This document shows, in pieces, positions 19,580 to 28,149 of a stretch of 64,000 nt of DNA (positions are counted from its first letter, which is position 1; each line of letters begins with the position of its first letter). The DNA comes from a virus. The stretch is from positions 3,291 through 67,290 of IMG/VR virus record IMGVR_UViG_2912865023_000006. One strand, written 5' to 3'. The notes beneath the pieces are model-generated. The model searched no databases, was not told where the DNA came from, and was given only the letters and a program-made list of their open reading frames with translations. The translations under genes were made by a program, and so were the position numbers.

Positions 19580-21361
19580 CTAACCGTTTAATAGATCGTT
19601 AATCGAGATAAATCCGACGCTTCCGCCTCCAACCGGCTTCGTCATGTCGAGATATACCTGCGAATGGGCGTTCAGGAACGCGGCAAAGCCGTCTATTTTT
19701 CGGTAGCGCGTCTGTTTGGTCGGCAGCCAGTTTCCGTTGCGATCTTCGACCAGCTTGACGTTGTTTAAGTACCACGTAAAGAGTTTGTTTTCGTTATACA
19801 CGACTCTTCCGTCGAGCAATAATTCTTTAACGTTCTTCAACGGATCGCTCAGCGTAATGTAACCCTGCCGCACGACCTCCGTTTGAAAGCCGTAGTTCTG
19901 CAGGTCTTGCACCAACCGCATCGCATTCGCAGGGTCAAACGTGATCTTTTCGATCTGATATTTGCGCGACATTTCCACGAACCAATCGTAAACGTACTCG
20001 TATTCAACGTATTCGCCCGGAATAATCGTCAAATAACCGTCGGCCTCAAACCCACGGTAGTCGATTTTTTCGTTATCTTTTTGTACTTTTGCCGCCGGGA
20101 CCCACGAATGAGACAAAACAAAAACGCGATTATCCGGCAAGATAAATTCCAGACACGCGCTCGTAAAGTCTTCCGTTTGTGATAAGTCGAAGCCGCCGAT
20201 GCATCTCATGCCACGCAACGATTCCGGATCGACCCGTCCGTTATTGCGCTTGATGACCTCGAAGTCGATAAAGCTTTCTTCGCCGTTGTCAACGAAGATA
20301 TTGAACCGCTTGACCAGCCAGTCGTTGTATTCGCGTGGGACGTGTCGGTCTGCGTTAAAGTCCTGAATCATCGACGGAATATCCATCGTTACGCCGATGT
20401 TTGGGTTCGCTTTGATCCACATTTCCGGGTTTTCGACCTCGGATATGTCGTCTAATTCCGCCATAAAGTAGAAATTTCGCTCCTGAACGTTGCTTCCGTC
20501 AAGAACATCGGAGGCAATTTCGTAATATTCGACTAAAGGACCGTCCAGCTGATAACCTGCCGTCGTAATGTAAATGATTAACGGCTGAGTCCGCGCAGCC
20601 CTTGAGTTCTTGATTACGCTGATAAGCTTCGAATCTTTGAATTCGTGGATCTCATCGAATATGCCGAGGTGCGTATTTAAGCCGTCCAACTTTTCGCTAT
20701 CTGACGCCCGCGCTTCGATTTGACTCATTGACGCGTCGTGATAAATGCCTTTCTGATTTTCGCGAATATGTTTACGAAGCTTTGGCGATTTTCTAATCAT
20801 GGCGCGACTCTCTTCGAAAAGCACGCCCGCCTGCTGCTTCGAGTTAGCTAAAACGTAGGCTCTGGCGCCAGGTTCGCCGTCTTTTGTTATCGCAAAGTTG
20901 GCCAATCCGCTGATTTTCGTTGTTTTTCCGTTCTTACGGCCAACGAATATAAGGCCTTCGCGGAAACGTCGCAGTCGAGTATCGCGATGAACCCAACCGT
21001 ACAGCGATCCGATTACGAAGTGCTGCCACGGCTGAAGCGTTAAGTTTGAATAACGGCCCTGTGACGGCTTGCAGTACCGCTCGATAAATTGGATCGGACG
21101 GTGTCCTTTTTCTTCGTCAAAGACGTAAGGGAATTCGTCAGTGCCGGCGCGTTCAAGATCGCGAAGGTGACGTTTGCAAGCGAGGATATTTTTCTTACTC
21201 GCGACTATTTCACCTGACGTTACCTTTTCCGCATACCAAGTCGTTAGCAACTTTTCGGCCGGGTTTTCACGTATAAATCCGGCTATTTTTTGCGTTTTTA
21301 GCCAGTTTTCGTACCATTTTTCGACCTCTGTAGCGTTAGAATTTACTGAAATCGTCGTCAT
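19580..21361 (-). CDS. Terminase large subunit
   Basis: GRKNGKT Walker A, IFDEIH Walker B, ITTAG, GGFDLSQTEDFT, KIDGFAA; the third in-frame Met is best spaced from the RBS. Confidence 0.95.
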   Translation of the reverse strand: MTTISVNSNATEVEKWYENWLKTQKIAGFIRENPAEKLLTTWYAEKVTSGEIVASKKNILACKRHLRDLERAGTDEFPYVFDEEKGHRPIQFIERYCKPSQGRYSNLTLQPWQHFVIGSLYGWVHRDTRLRRFREGLIFVGRKNGKTTKISGLANFAITKDGEPGARAYVLANSKQQAGVLFEESRAMIRKSPKLRKHIRENQKGIYHDASMSQIEARASDSEKLDGLNTHLGIFDEIHEFKDSKLISVIKNSRAARTQPLIIYITTAGYQLDGPLVEYYEIASDVLDGSNVQERNFYFMAELDDISEVENPEMWIKANPNIGVTMDIPSMIQDFNADRHVPREYNDWLVKRFNIFVDNGEESFIDFEVIKRNNGRVDPESLRGMRCIGGFDLSQTEDFTSACLEFILPDNRVFVLSHSWVPAAKVQKDNEKIDYRGFEADGYLTIIPGEYVEYEYVYDWFVEMSRKYQIEKITFDPANAMRLVQDLQNYGFQTEVVRQGYITLSDPLKNVKELLLDGRVVYNENKLFTWYLNNVKLVEDRNGNWLPTKQTRYRKIDGFAAFLNAHSQVYLDMTKPVGGGSVGFISINDLLNG

Positions 21362-21659
21362 CGTCATCACCGCCCGCGTTTAATTCTTTGCGCTGTGCCG
21401 GCGTTAGATCGAGCGATTTCAGAAGGTTATTTAATGTCGTAACCGTCTTCGTAAGCTCAATCGCTAACGGATTTTTGACGAGATTTTCCGCGCCTGCCTT
21501 GTTCGTATGCCGCATCATTAAAGGGTTTTCCGCCACTTCCTTTTTTAATCGGCGGTAGAACTTATGCGTATCGACGTAAAGATCGATAAGCTCTTCGTCC
21601 GATTCCGTATACCTGTCGCCAAGATATTCGCGCAGCCTTTTCGCAGTAGGTACCGCCAT
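21336..21659 (-). CDS. Terminase small subunit (P27 family)
   Basis: Start moved to MAVPTAK behind AAAGGAG; KNPLAIEL...LDLTPAQR motif. Confidence 0.85.
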   Translation of the reverse strand: MAVPTAKRLREYLGDRYTESDEELIDLYVDTHKFYRRLKKEVAENPLMMRHTNKAGAENLVKNPLAIELTKTVTTLNNLLKSLDLTPAQRKELNAGGDDDDDDFSKF

Positions 21660-21678
21660 ATGATCGCTCCTTTCGTCC

Positions 21679-21781
21679 GGGGGTTTTACCCCCTTTAATG
21701 TAAAATTTCCGGTTGCGCTACAAGCGAAGGGGCCTCGCCGGTCCTTACGTTTTTGCCTTCGAAATCCCAACGGTAGGGGGG
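21679..21781. other. Putative cos (packaging) region
   Basis: Non-coding gap between HNH and terS with a poly-C tract, GGACCGGCGAGGCCCC and GGGGGTAAAACCCCC on the minus strand; location typical of Firmicutes cos phages. Cut site not determinable by eye. Confidence 0.45.
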
Positions 21782-22117
21782 CTATAGATCAGGATTAGCC
21801 TTCGCCTTCACCACGTTAATCTTACGCTTCTTCTTCGCCTTTTCAGCCGGTCCAGCGCCTTTTTCCGGATGCCTTCGGTTGTGGCACGGATTGCATAAAC
21901 TTACGAGATTTTCGAGTGTTAGTGATAATTCCGGATGATCGCGGAGTTCTTTGATATGATGAACCGTCTGAGCCTTCGTTATCTTACGTTCTTTGAGACA
22001 GTCTTGGCATACGCCGTGGTCACGCGCAAGAGCCAACGCCCTGCACTCCGTCCATGCCTTCGACTTATAGAACGCTCGTGCTTCGGGATCGCGCTTGTGC
22101 TTGTCGTAGTAGTTCAA
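21782..22117 (-). CDS. Packaging-associated HNH endonuclease
   Basis: CQDC...VHHIKEL...NLVSLCNPCHNRRH immediately upstream of terS. Confidence 0.92.
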   Translation of the reverse strand: MNYYDKHKRDPEARAFYKSKAWTECRALALARDHGVCQDCLKERKITKAQTVHHIKELRDHPELSLTLENLVSLCNPCHNRRHPEKGAGPAEKAKKKRKINVVKAKANPDL

Positions 22118-22230
22118 GGCATCGCCTCCTTTCGTATACTAAAGCGTCAATCACTCTACAGTGACTAACCAATTCGACGCGCCCCACCAATACCGTTGCA
22201 CTTTGTCTTTATCTTTTATATAAGTTCTTT

Positions 22231-22425
22231 ATCGCGATAAGGTACTTAATAGATTACAATATCTGCGTATCGTATGAGCGCAGCGAATAGATCGCTATTA
22301 CTTGTTTCTTTTTTACCTATTGCTCTTTTACTTCTTTCTCTTTTTACAATGGGGTCAGAACACATTACCCGTAGTGTGGTCTAGCCCCATTACCGATAGT
22401 GTGGTCAGAACACATGAAGCGTCGT
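22231..22425. repeat. Origin-like cassette 1: three 25-bp tandem repeats, pyrimidine-rich tract and shared ~73-bp motif
   Basis: Units at 22351, 22376 and 22401 (GTGGTCAGAACACAT core); motif 22231-22303 is similar to 25687-25760. Confidence 0.75.
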
Positions 22426-22426
22426 A

Positions 22427-22966
22427 TCAACGTTTGCGCCGTCTCATCCGATACACATCGAAGTCCGGCACGATCTTCTCACCGTCTTCATTAACGATAT
22501 AACCATCGTCAGTTATGTGCGGACAGAATGACGGAAAGTACCACTTAAAGCGCTTCGTCCCTTCGTAGTGTCCGGTCGTCCGTATGATCCCGTTCGTCTC
22601 TAAGATCGCGGCCAGCAAATTGATTCGGTGCTTATCTATACGCAAGTGTTGCTGAATCGTATCGTAGTTTAAGAAGCATGCGCCGAACCTATCGTTTGTG
22701 CTACCGTCACTTCGCGTATGATTACCGTCAATATACGACTGCAGTAGAAAGTAAAACGCCACCACATCGCGTATCTCCGGCTTACGTTTGTAATCGGCAT
22801 AAGCTACGTCACAGGCTTCGTTAATCAATCGAGGAAATACCTTGCGCATGAGCTCGCGGCTGTATACCTCGAACCCTTGCGGACTGTCTAAGAGCGCGGC
22901 TTTATCATTCGGCATTGGCTTGCGTTCTGGTTGGTCGCCGCTGTTAAGCGCTACAACGTTAGTCAC
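22427..22966 (-). CDS. Winged-helix-like hypothetical protein (replication-initiator-like)
   Basis: CFLNYDTIQQHLRIDKHRINLLAAILETNGII resembles HTH_36-type initiator N-terminal domains; ends next to the repeat array. Confidence 0.5.
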   Translation of the reverse strand: MTNVVALNSGDQPERKPMPNDKAALLDSPQGFEVYSRELMRKVFPRLINEACDVAYADYKRKPEIRDVVAFYFLLQSYIDGNHTRSDGSTNDRFGACFLNYDTIQQHLRIDKHRINLLAAILETNGIIRTTGHYEGTKRFKWYFPSFCPHITDDGYIVNEDGEKIVPDFDVYRMRRRKR

Positions 22967-23238
22967 TCAGCGCCCAACTCCTTCCGAATCAATCGCTCGG
23001 CTTCTTCGAATGAAAGGTCGGAGGCATCCGGAAATTCAAATATAGCTTGCGCGCGATTACCGGATTCAAAATCGATAGTAGCTTCGACTTTTGTTCCTAT
23101 ACGGTGCCGCTGAGGTAATCCGCCCTTATCTTCGAAGAATATCAAGTCTCGCATACGCTCCATCTGATTAACTTTTATGTTCATTCTTCCGTCGCCTCCT
23201 CTACGTAAATCACTTCGGCTGCCAATTTGAAAAGCCAC
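22963..23238 (-). CDS. Hypothetical protein
   Basis: Operon-coupled ORF; start may be downstream (MNIKVNQ). Confidence 0.6.
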   Translation of the reverse strand: MAFQIGSRSDLRRGGDGRMNIKVNQMERMRDLIFFEDKGGLPQRHRIGTKVEATIDFESGNRAQAIFEFPDASDLSFEEAERLIRKELGAE

Positions 23239-23540
23239 TGAAAATGCGGATCTTTTACGATTGGGTTTTCGGCATAACCCGGCAGCATAAATAGCGTTGC
23301 ATTTTCCGCGTTGATGCCGTCAATTCCGCCAGGTCTACGCGATACAAATTGCGTGTACTTAAAGTTCGGATATTTCGTTTTCACACGTTTCCATACCGCC
23401 TGAGCTTCGTTAACGGTCCGTCCTACAACGAGAGCTGTGCGCCATTTCTCTTTCGGTGCGAAAAAGGCTCGGTGCAACGTATCGAGCTGTTCGTTGAATT
23501 CGTCGCTGGCGGTGAGTTTAACGGTTATCTTTTCGCTCAT
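23181..23540 (-). CDS. Hypothetical protein
   Basis: 119 aa, coupled start/stop with neighbours. Confidence 0.65.
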   Translation of the reverse strand: MSEKITVKLTASDEFNEQLDTLHRAFFAPKEKWRTALVVGRTVNEAQAVWKRVKTKYPNFKYTQFVSRRPGGIDGINAENATLFMLPGYAENPIVKDPHFQWLFKLAAEVIYVEEATEE

Positions 23541-23869
23541 TGGCGCTCAGCCCGTTTTATTTTCTCTTTACTAGCAGAAGCAAAATAGAAATCGAAAATG
23601 ATCGCAAGTGGAAACAGCGGTATCTTTATTAGCGTAATGACTAACGCAATCAGTAAAGTCGCGGCCGCCTTTTCTTTGTCGACCTGCTTTGTTCGTAATA
23701 GTTCACGTAGCTCATCGTCAGACGATCCGGATACATATAAAGACGCGATCGTAAATTTAAACATAAGGCCCGCGTAGATCATTCCGGCAATGAGGTAAAC
23801 CAATAGCGTCCCCATCAACGATCGCCCTTCCGGAAGCTTACTCGGCGAATTTCTTTCTCGTCGAGACAC
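23537..23869 (-). CDS. Hypothetical membrane protein (likely start MGTLLVY)
   Basis: Two hydrophobic segments. Confidence 0.6.
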   Translation of the reverse strand: MSRRERNSPSKLPEGRSLMGTLLVYLIAGMIYAGLMFKFTIASLYVSGSSDDELRELLRTKQVDKEKAAATLLIALVITLIKIPLFPLAIIFDFYFASASKEKIKRAERQ

Positions 23870-24108
23870 AATCCGGCATCATATACCGCCTGCTGCTCCT
23901 CCCGCAATTCAGCCAGCGCCTTAGTCGCCGCCTTTGCTTCGCGCTGTAGCGCTTTGAGTCCGGTTATTGCTTCGGATACCTCTACGTTTACTTTTACGTT
24001 GATGTCACCCGTTGCGTAGATATTTCCGGTTTTAGATTCTAGGCTGAATTTCGGAGTATCTACCCTCGCCATTTCTGAATTTCCTGTTGATTCGCGTTTG
24101 TCCGCCAT
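23815..24108 (-). CDS. Hypothetical protein
   Basis: 97 aa with AAAAGGAG RBS; coiled-coil ALQREAKAATKALAEL. Confidence 0.7.
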   Translation of the reverse strand: MADKRESTGNSEMARVDTPKFSLESKTGNIYATGDINVKVNVEVSEAITGLKALQREAKAATKALAELREEQQAVYDAGLCLDEKEIRRVSFRKGDR

Positions 24109-24155
24109 TCAATCGTCTCCTTTTCGTTTCTTATTCGCTCGCATAACGCAAGCAC

Positions 24156-24185
24156 AAAAAGACCTCCGCCGTGATGGCGGAAGCC
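24156..24185 (-). terminator. Intrinsic terminator downstream of the tRNA-like element
   Basis: GGCTTCCGCC-atcac-GGCGGAGGTC then TTTTT. Confidence 0.7.
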
Positions 24186-24257
24186 TCGTTCTGATTGCGT
24201 ATGTTGGCTTTTAGCAAGTTGCGATAACTTGACACGCCGCCTTGGCTATTCGTTTAT

Positions 24258-24336
24258 TATGCGGGCGAGGATTTGCACCTCGCATAAGTTTACGGCCCTC
24301 CGGCTTGTCTGCGTCTACCTATTCCGCCACCGCATT
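24258..24336 (-). ncRNA. tRNA-like RNA (D-arm and T-arm present, no assignable anticodon arm, no CCA)
   Basis: ATGCGG-TG-GCGGAATAGGTAGACGC...GCGAGG-TGCAAAT-CCTCGC-CCGCAT. Confidence 0.6.
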
Positions 24337-24606
24337 CGTGATTTGCCCGTATATTAACGAGCGAAACAAAAGACAAATTATCGTCTTCAGAAACGCCTTG
24401 TACATCTTGGTACATGCGCAAATGGGATCGGAAGGTAAGACCGAAAATAACCCTTCCGCGCGGATATGGGAGCGTTGATCAGGCGCTCAAAGACCATTCC
24501 GCTTATTTTACGAGTTAACCCGCCCGGAAAAATCACACGAAATTAGCGTTTCTAACGTTCACCCTACCGAATACCCTCCGGCTGGATTAAAACGGCTGCG
24601 ACGCGC

Positions 24607-24768
24607 TTATTTCGCTTTATATTCGTCAATAACTACGCAGAGGTACGCGTCAACACTGTTTTCGCTGCTGTCGTTAATACGATAGTTGTAATCTGCTAAC
24701 GCCTCTTCGTACGTATCAAACACGATTTGACCAGCGTCGCAATAGTCGCTAAATACTGCGTACTTCAT
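24607..24768 (-). CDS. Hypothetical 53-aa protein
   Basis: GGAGGTG RBS; MKYAVFSDYCDAGQIVF...EYKAK; below the ORF-track cutoff. Confidence 0.7.
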   Translation of the reverse strand: MKYAVFSDYCDAGQIVFDTYEEALADYNYRINDSSENSVDAYLCVVIDEYKAK

Positions 24769-24903
24769 CCGCGAACACCTCCGTTTGCGCTACCGCCGCA
24801 ATATGTATTAAAAGGACGCCAAGTTGCGGCTAGTGCCCGTTGTTATTCCGTAGGGGTGGCGTCCTTTACCGTACATACTGCGTGTTGTACGGTTGTTAAA
24901 TAA

Positions 24904-25488
24904 TTAAAGGCCTCGTCGTATCATGAGGCCCCGTTTCTTAGCGTATTGCTTTTTCAGTTCGTCTTTGAGTTCCTCTATCCTCCGATTTATATAAAGAACC
25001 TCACCGAGCTGCACTTCGTTTAATGGTTCGCAGTCAGCCGCAACCTTGTAATCGGTGATAAAATCGGTCTCTTCTGCTTCGTCATATGTCTCGGCAAGTT
25101 CCTCCTGTAATTCGTGTATTTCAGCGATTAAGTCCTCCGCACGAACCTCGATTTCTAGAAGCGCTTCTTCAACTTCTTTGCGTCTATGGTACATTTTCGC
25201 TTTGTTGTATAACGGGTCGAACTGGCGAATCATTTCCGTTTCATAAATATCGCGTTCATAATCGTTATCTACTTCGTAAAGTCTTACGTAACTAGCGAGA
25301 TAATAAAATTCGCTGTTGCGTGAATGGTCAATGAACCTACGTTTGAAACTGACGCTCTTACCTACGTATAAAGGCGTGTTATCTGCGTCAAAGAATACGT
25401 AAACACCTGCGCGGTCAAACTCTTTCTTGTTCTTTACTTCTCTAGGTCTAGCAGTCTTATAATTCTCAGGAATAGTAATTTGGATCAT
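24904..25488 (-). CDS. GIY-YIG nuclease-domain protein with acidic coiled-coil C-terminus
   Basis: GVYVFFD...LYVGKS...RRFIDH...YETEMI...PLYN. Confidence 0.85.
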   Translation of the reverse strand: MIQITIPENYKTARPREVKNKKEFDRAGVYVFFDADNTPLYVGKSVSFKRRFIDHSRNSEFYYLASYVRLYEVDNDYERDIYETEMIRQFDPLYNKAKMYHRRKEVEEALLEIEVRAEDLIAEIHELQEELAETYDEAEETDFITDYKVAADCEPLNEVQLGEVLYINRRIEELKDELKKQYAKKRGLMIRRGL

Positions 25489-25629
25489 ACGGTGCCCTCC
25501 TCGTTATTGATAGAGGTTGTTCGGAGCTTACCCGAATCTGTCATGATCCTCCACCGGGTTTCATAACGTAAGACAGCATATTGGACACTTTAACAAGTAT
25601 TTTTCAAATAAAAAATCAAATTATTTTCA

Positions 25630-25870
25630 TCCAGTAAAAATCACCGGACAATGTAATTTGGCTTCTCTTTGTATTATTAAAATCTAATCGCGATCAAGGT
25701 ACTAAGTAATTAATATCTGCGTCCGCTAATGAGCGTTAGCGAATAGTGGCGCTATTATTTAAGTAAGTCTTTATAAGTAAGTATATATAGTAAGTCTTTA
25801 TACGCAGTGAAAATCACTGGAACGTCCAGTAAAAATCGCTGTATGATCCAGTAAAAATCACCGGACAAAA
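25630..25870. repeat. Origin-like cassette 2: four copies of CAGT(A/G)AAAATCAC(C/T)GG-like unit (three at 22-bp period), AT-rich tract and shared motif
   Basis: CAGT cores at 25632, 25805, 25827 and 25849; shared motif 25687-25760. Confidence 0.8.
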
Positions 25871-25875
25871 TCCGC

Positions 25876-26898
25876 CTATGACCGCATCGACAGAATTTTC
25901 CCCGTCAGAAACAATCCAACGACCGCCTTCCGTTTCAGCATCGCCAAGTATAACCGCCTCGCCCAGCTCTCCTCGTGCTGCAGCGCTATCGCAACCGCCT
26001 TCCCTACGTTCGGATGTTCGACTATGCGCTTAATCAGCGTCAACTTTTCGCGCACTGTTTTACGGCAACCCGGCTTGAATTCGTTTTGTATGCAGCCGTT
26101 AACCGCGATATAACATTTCCTCCGCGCCAGATCTACCGCAACTTGCTCGCTGTATAAGCTCCACCGTTTCGCGTACCGTTCAAGCGTATCGCTATCGATG
26201 TACGAATCGAATAGCTCCGGATTATATTCGCGCATCAAACTCGCGTCATTGATCTGCCGGTAATGGTACAACGGCCTGTCGATATAGTATGCCGTCTGAC
26301 AATACGTAAATGCGTCCATGTTGAACAGCCAATCTTCGCCGAGGTACTTGCCGTCAGGAAACGTTATGTTATGCGTATCAAGCATGCTTCTGCGGATTAC
26401 TTTGCCGACGCCGCCGTACGATCCGTTGTATAAGAAGTCCGTTAATATAGTCGCCTTAATTTCGGCCCGTCCGATCGGCTCATTCGCTTTTGCGCTATAA
26501 CTTTTCGTGTAGCTTCTCGACGCGTCTTCGTAATCCCAACGCATGTCCGTAAACACAATATCTGCGTTGTTTTCACGGGCAGCTTCGTACATAATCTCGT
26601 AAGCTTCCGGCTCGACCCAGTCGTCCGAGTCGATAAACGCCACGTATTCGCCGCGCGCCTGCTTCAGCGCTGTATTACGCGCCGTCCCGGGCCCTTGATT
26701 CGCCTGATAAATCGGTTTGACTCGTTCATCTATCGTGGAATAGTACCGCAAAATATTGTGCGTCGCATCAGTCGAGCCGTCATCTACGACCAAAACCTCG
26801 ATATTTTTAAGCGTCTGTCCGAGCACGCTGTCGATGCAATCGCAAAGATACTTTTCGCCATTATATACCGGTATAATAACGCTCATTTTCGGAATCAT
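25876..26898 (-). CDS. Glycosyltransferase family 2
   Basis: SVIIPVYN, VVDDGSTD, ARNTAL, AFIDSDD, GED motifs. Confidence 0.95.
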   Translation of the reverse strand: MIPKMSVIIPVYNGEKYLCDCIDSVLGQTLKNIEVLVVDDGSTDATHNILRYYSTIDERVKPIYQANQGPGTARNTALKQARGEYVAFIDSDDWVEPEAYEIMYEAARENNADIVFTDMRWDYEDASRSYTKSYSAKANEPIGRAEIKATILTDFLYNGSYGGVGKVIRRSMLDTHNITFPDGKYLGEDWLFNMDAFTYCQTAYYIDRPLYHYRQINDASLMREYNPELFDSYIDSDTLERYAKRWSLYSEQVAVDLARRKCYIAVNGCIQNEFKPGCRKTVREKLTLIKRIVEHPNVGKAVAIALQHEESWARRLYLAMLKRKAVVGLFLTGKILSMRS

Positions 26899-26914
26899 TT
26901 ATAACCGTCCTTCC

Positions 26915-26970
26915 AGTTCGGGAATTCCCGAACTTTATTCGATAGGATAATTATACCAACGCGCGCTCGA
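26915..26970 (-). promoter_or_regulatory. sigmaA-like promoter of the GT2 gene with a downstream 20-bp perfect palindrome
   Basis: TTGAAA-16-TATAAT with TG extension; AGTTCGGGAATTCCCGAACT at 26915-26934. Confidence 0.55.
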
Positions 26971-26980
26971 ATTTCAACAC

Positions 26981-27008
26981 AAAAAAAGACGCCGATTTAC
27001 TCAGCGTC
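26981..27008 (-). terminator. Intrinsic terminator after xre
   Basis: GACGCTGA-gtaaa-TCGGCGTC then T7. Confidence 0.7.
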
Positions 27009-27221
27009 CTCTTCTGCGGCTTCTTCAATTTCAAATAGCTCATCGACTCTTACGCCGAGCGCCTTCGCTATTGAAAAAACGTGCCAATCTTCGTGGCGAC
27101 TATTCTTATCGAAGCGCGATATAGAACCTTGCGGGACGCCCGATGCTTTCGAAAGTCTTACTTGCGTCCACCCTTTCGCCTTCATAACGGCGTTTAGACG
27201 CGGCGTTGCGTTTAGTTTCAT
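26997..27221 (-). CDS. Xre/Cro-like HTH transcriptional regulator
   Basis: WTQVRLSKASGVPQGSISRFD HTH; start moved to MKLNATP behind GAGGTGG. Confidence 0.9.
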   Translation of the reverse strand: MKLNATPRLNAVMKAKGWTQVRLSKASGVPQGSISRFDKNSRHEDWHVFSIAKALGVRVDELFEIEEAAEEDAE

Positions 27222-27240
27222 TTCGACCACCTCTGCGACC

Positions 27241-27303
27241 ATTATACGATATCGAATAAATTTCTGCAAATCCGTTGACATACGTTATCGTATATAGTAT
27301 ATT
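27241..27303. promoter_or_regulatory. Divergent sigmaA promoters with two TATACGATATCGTATA-like operators
   Basis: Plus: TTGACA(27275)-17-TATATT. Minus: TTGCAG-17-TATAAT(27246-27241). Operator copies at 27243-27258 and 27279-27294. Confidence 0.8.
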
Positions 27304-27351
27304 TAAGACGACGAAGGGCCCTCGTTAATAAAATCCGAGAGGGGTAACAAA

Positions 27352-28149
27352 ATGATTAACGATCCACGAAAACTGAATAAGGCGATCAAAGAACGAAACG
27401 GAGGCGCAGCCCCACCGACCAAAGCAAAGCTGCACCGTCCGAATCGAACGAAGCACTTCCAGTATATCACAGCGTTTATTCTATGCGCAATGTTATTCGC
27501 ATTCACCGCAGTCACCGCACAAGCCACCGATGTTTACCGCAACTTTGCCGAACTCCAATCCAACGAACCCGATACGAACTACAACATTTTAGCAATCGAC
27601 CGCACTTCGCCCGTTTTGATACTCGCACCGCATGGCGGCAGTATTGAAGGTGGAACTAGCGAACTTGCTCGCGAACTCAGTAAAAACTATTCTACGTATC
27701 TATTCGAATCTCTTAAGACGCCGAACGGCTTCGACCTCCACATCACGAGTACCCATTTCGACGAACCGACTGCGCTTGACTTAGTTGCGCGGCACCAACG
27801 CGTTATATCGCTCCACGGTTACAGCGACAGCGCCGAGCATATTATCGTAGGCGGCACCGATCCTGTTCGTGGTCAGACGTTAGTAGATCGCTTGAACGCC
27901 GCCGGCTTTAGTGCCGAACTCGTAGGCGCCGGCCATCGATTTGCAGGCGCGAGTAGCGCGAACATAGCGAATAAGTGCATAACCGGCGAAAGCTTACAGA
28001 TCGAGCTGAGTACCGGTTTGCGTAAAAGCATGTTCGGTAAGTTCTCGCTTAACGGACGCGCCGGAACCGAAACCGAGACGTTCTATAAGTTTGCCGGGCT
28101 GCTGTCGGAGTTCATTAACGAAAACTATAACGTTGGAGGTAACGAATAA
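27352..28149 (+). CDS. Secreted poly-gamma-glutamate hydrolase (PghP family)
   Basis: ILAPHGGSIEGGTSELA, YLFES, LHITSTHFDEP, SLHG, QIELS motifs; hydrophobic stretch ending AQA. Confidence 0.88.
   Translation: MINDPRKLNKAIKERNGGAAPPTKAKLHRPNRTKHFQYITAFILCAMLFAFTAVTAQATDVYRNFAELQSNEPDTNYNILAIDRTSPVLILAPHGGSIEGGTSELARELSKNYSTYLFESLKTPNGFDLHITSTHFDEPTALDLVARHQRVISLHGYSDSAEHIIVGGTDPVRGQTLVDRLNAAGFSAELVGAGHRFAGASSANIANKCITGESLQIELSTGLRKSMFGKFSLNGRAGTETETFYKFAGLLSEFINENYNVGGNE

Noticed and set aside
2220-21383. Numerous plus-strand and alternative-frame ORFs across the tail, head and packaging genes
   Set aside because: They lie antisense to or within well-supported structural genes, lack RBSs and show no motifs.
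24258-24336. Calling this a functional tRNA-Leu/Ser
   Set aside because: No 5-bp/7-nt anticodon arm, 6+6 acceptor/T-stem geometry and no CCA; kept only as tRNA-like.
25485-25544. 19-codon upstream ORF (MTDSGKLRTT...) coupled to the GIY-YIG gene
   Set aside because: GGAGG is only 3 nt from the ATG and the peptide has no recognisable feature.
22351-25870. Tandem repeats as a CRISPR array
   Set aside because: Only 3-4 abutting degenerate units, no unique spacers of CRISPR length and no cas operon; the Cas4-like gene sits in the replication module.
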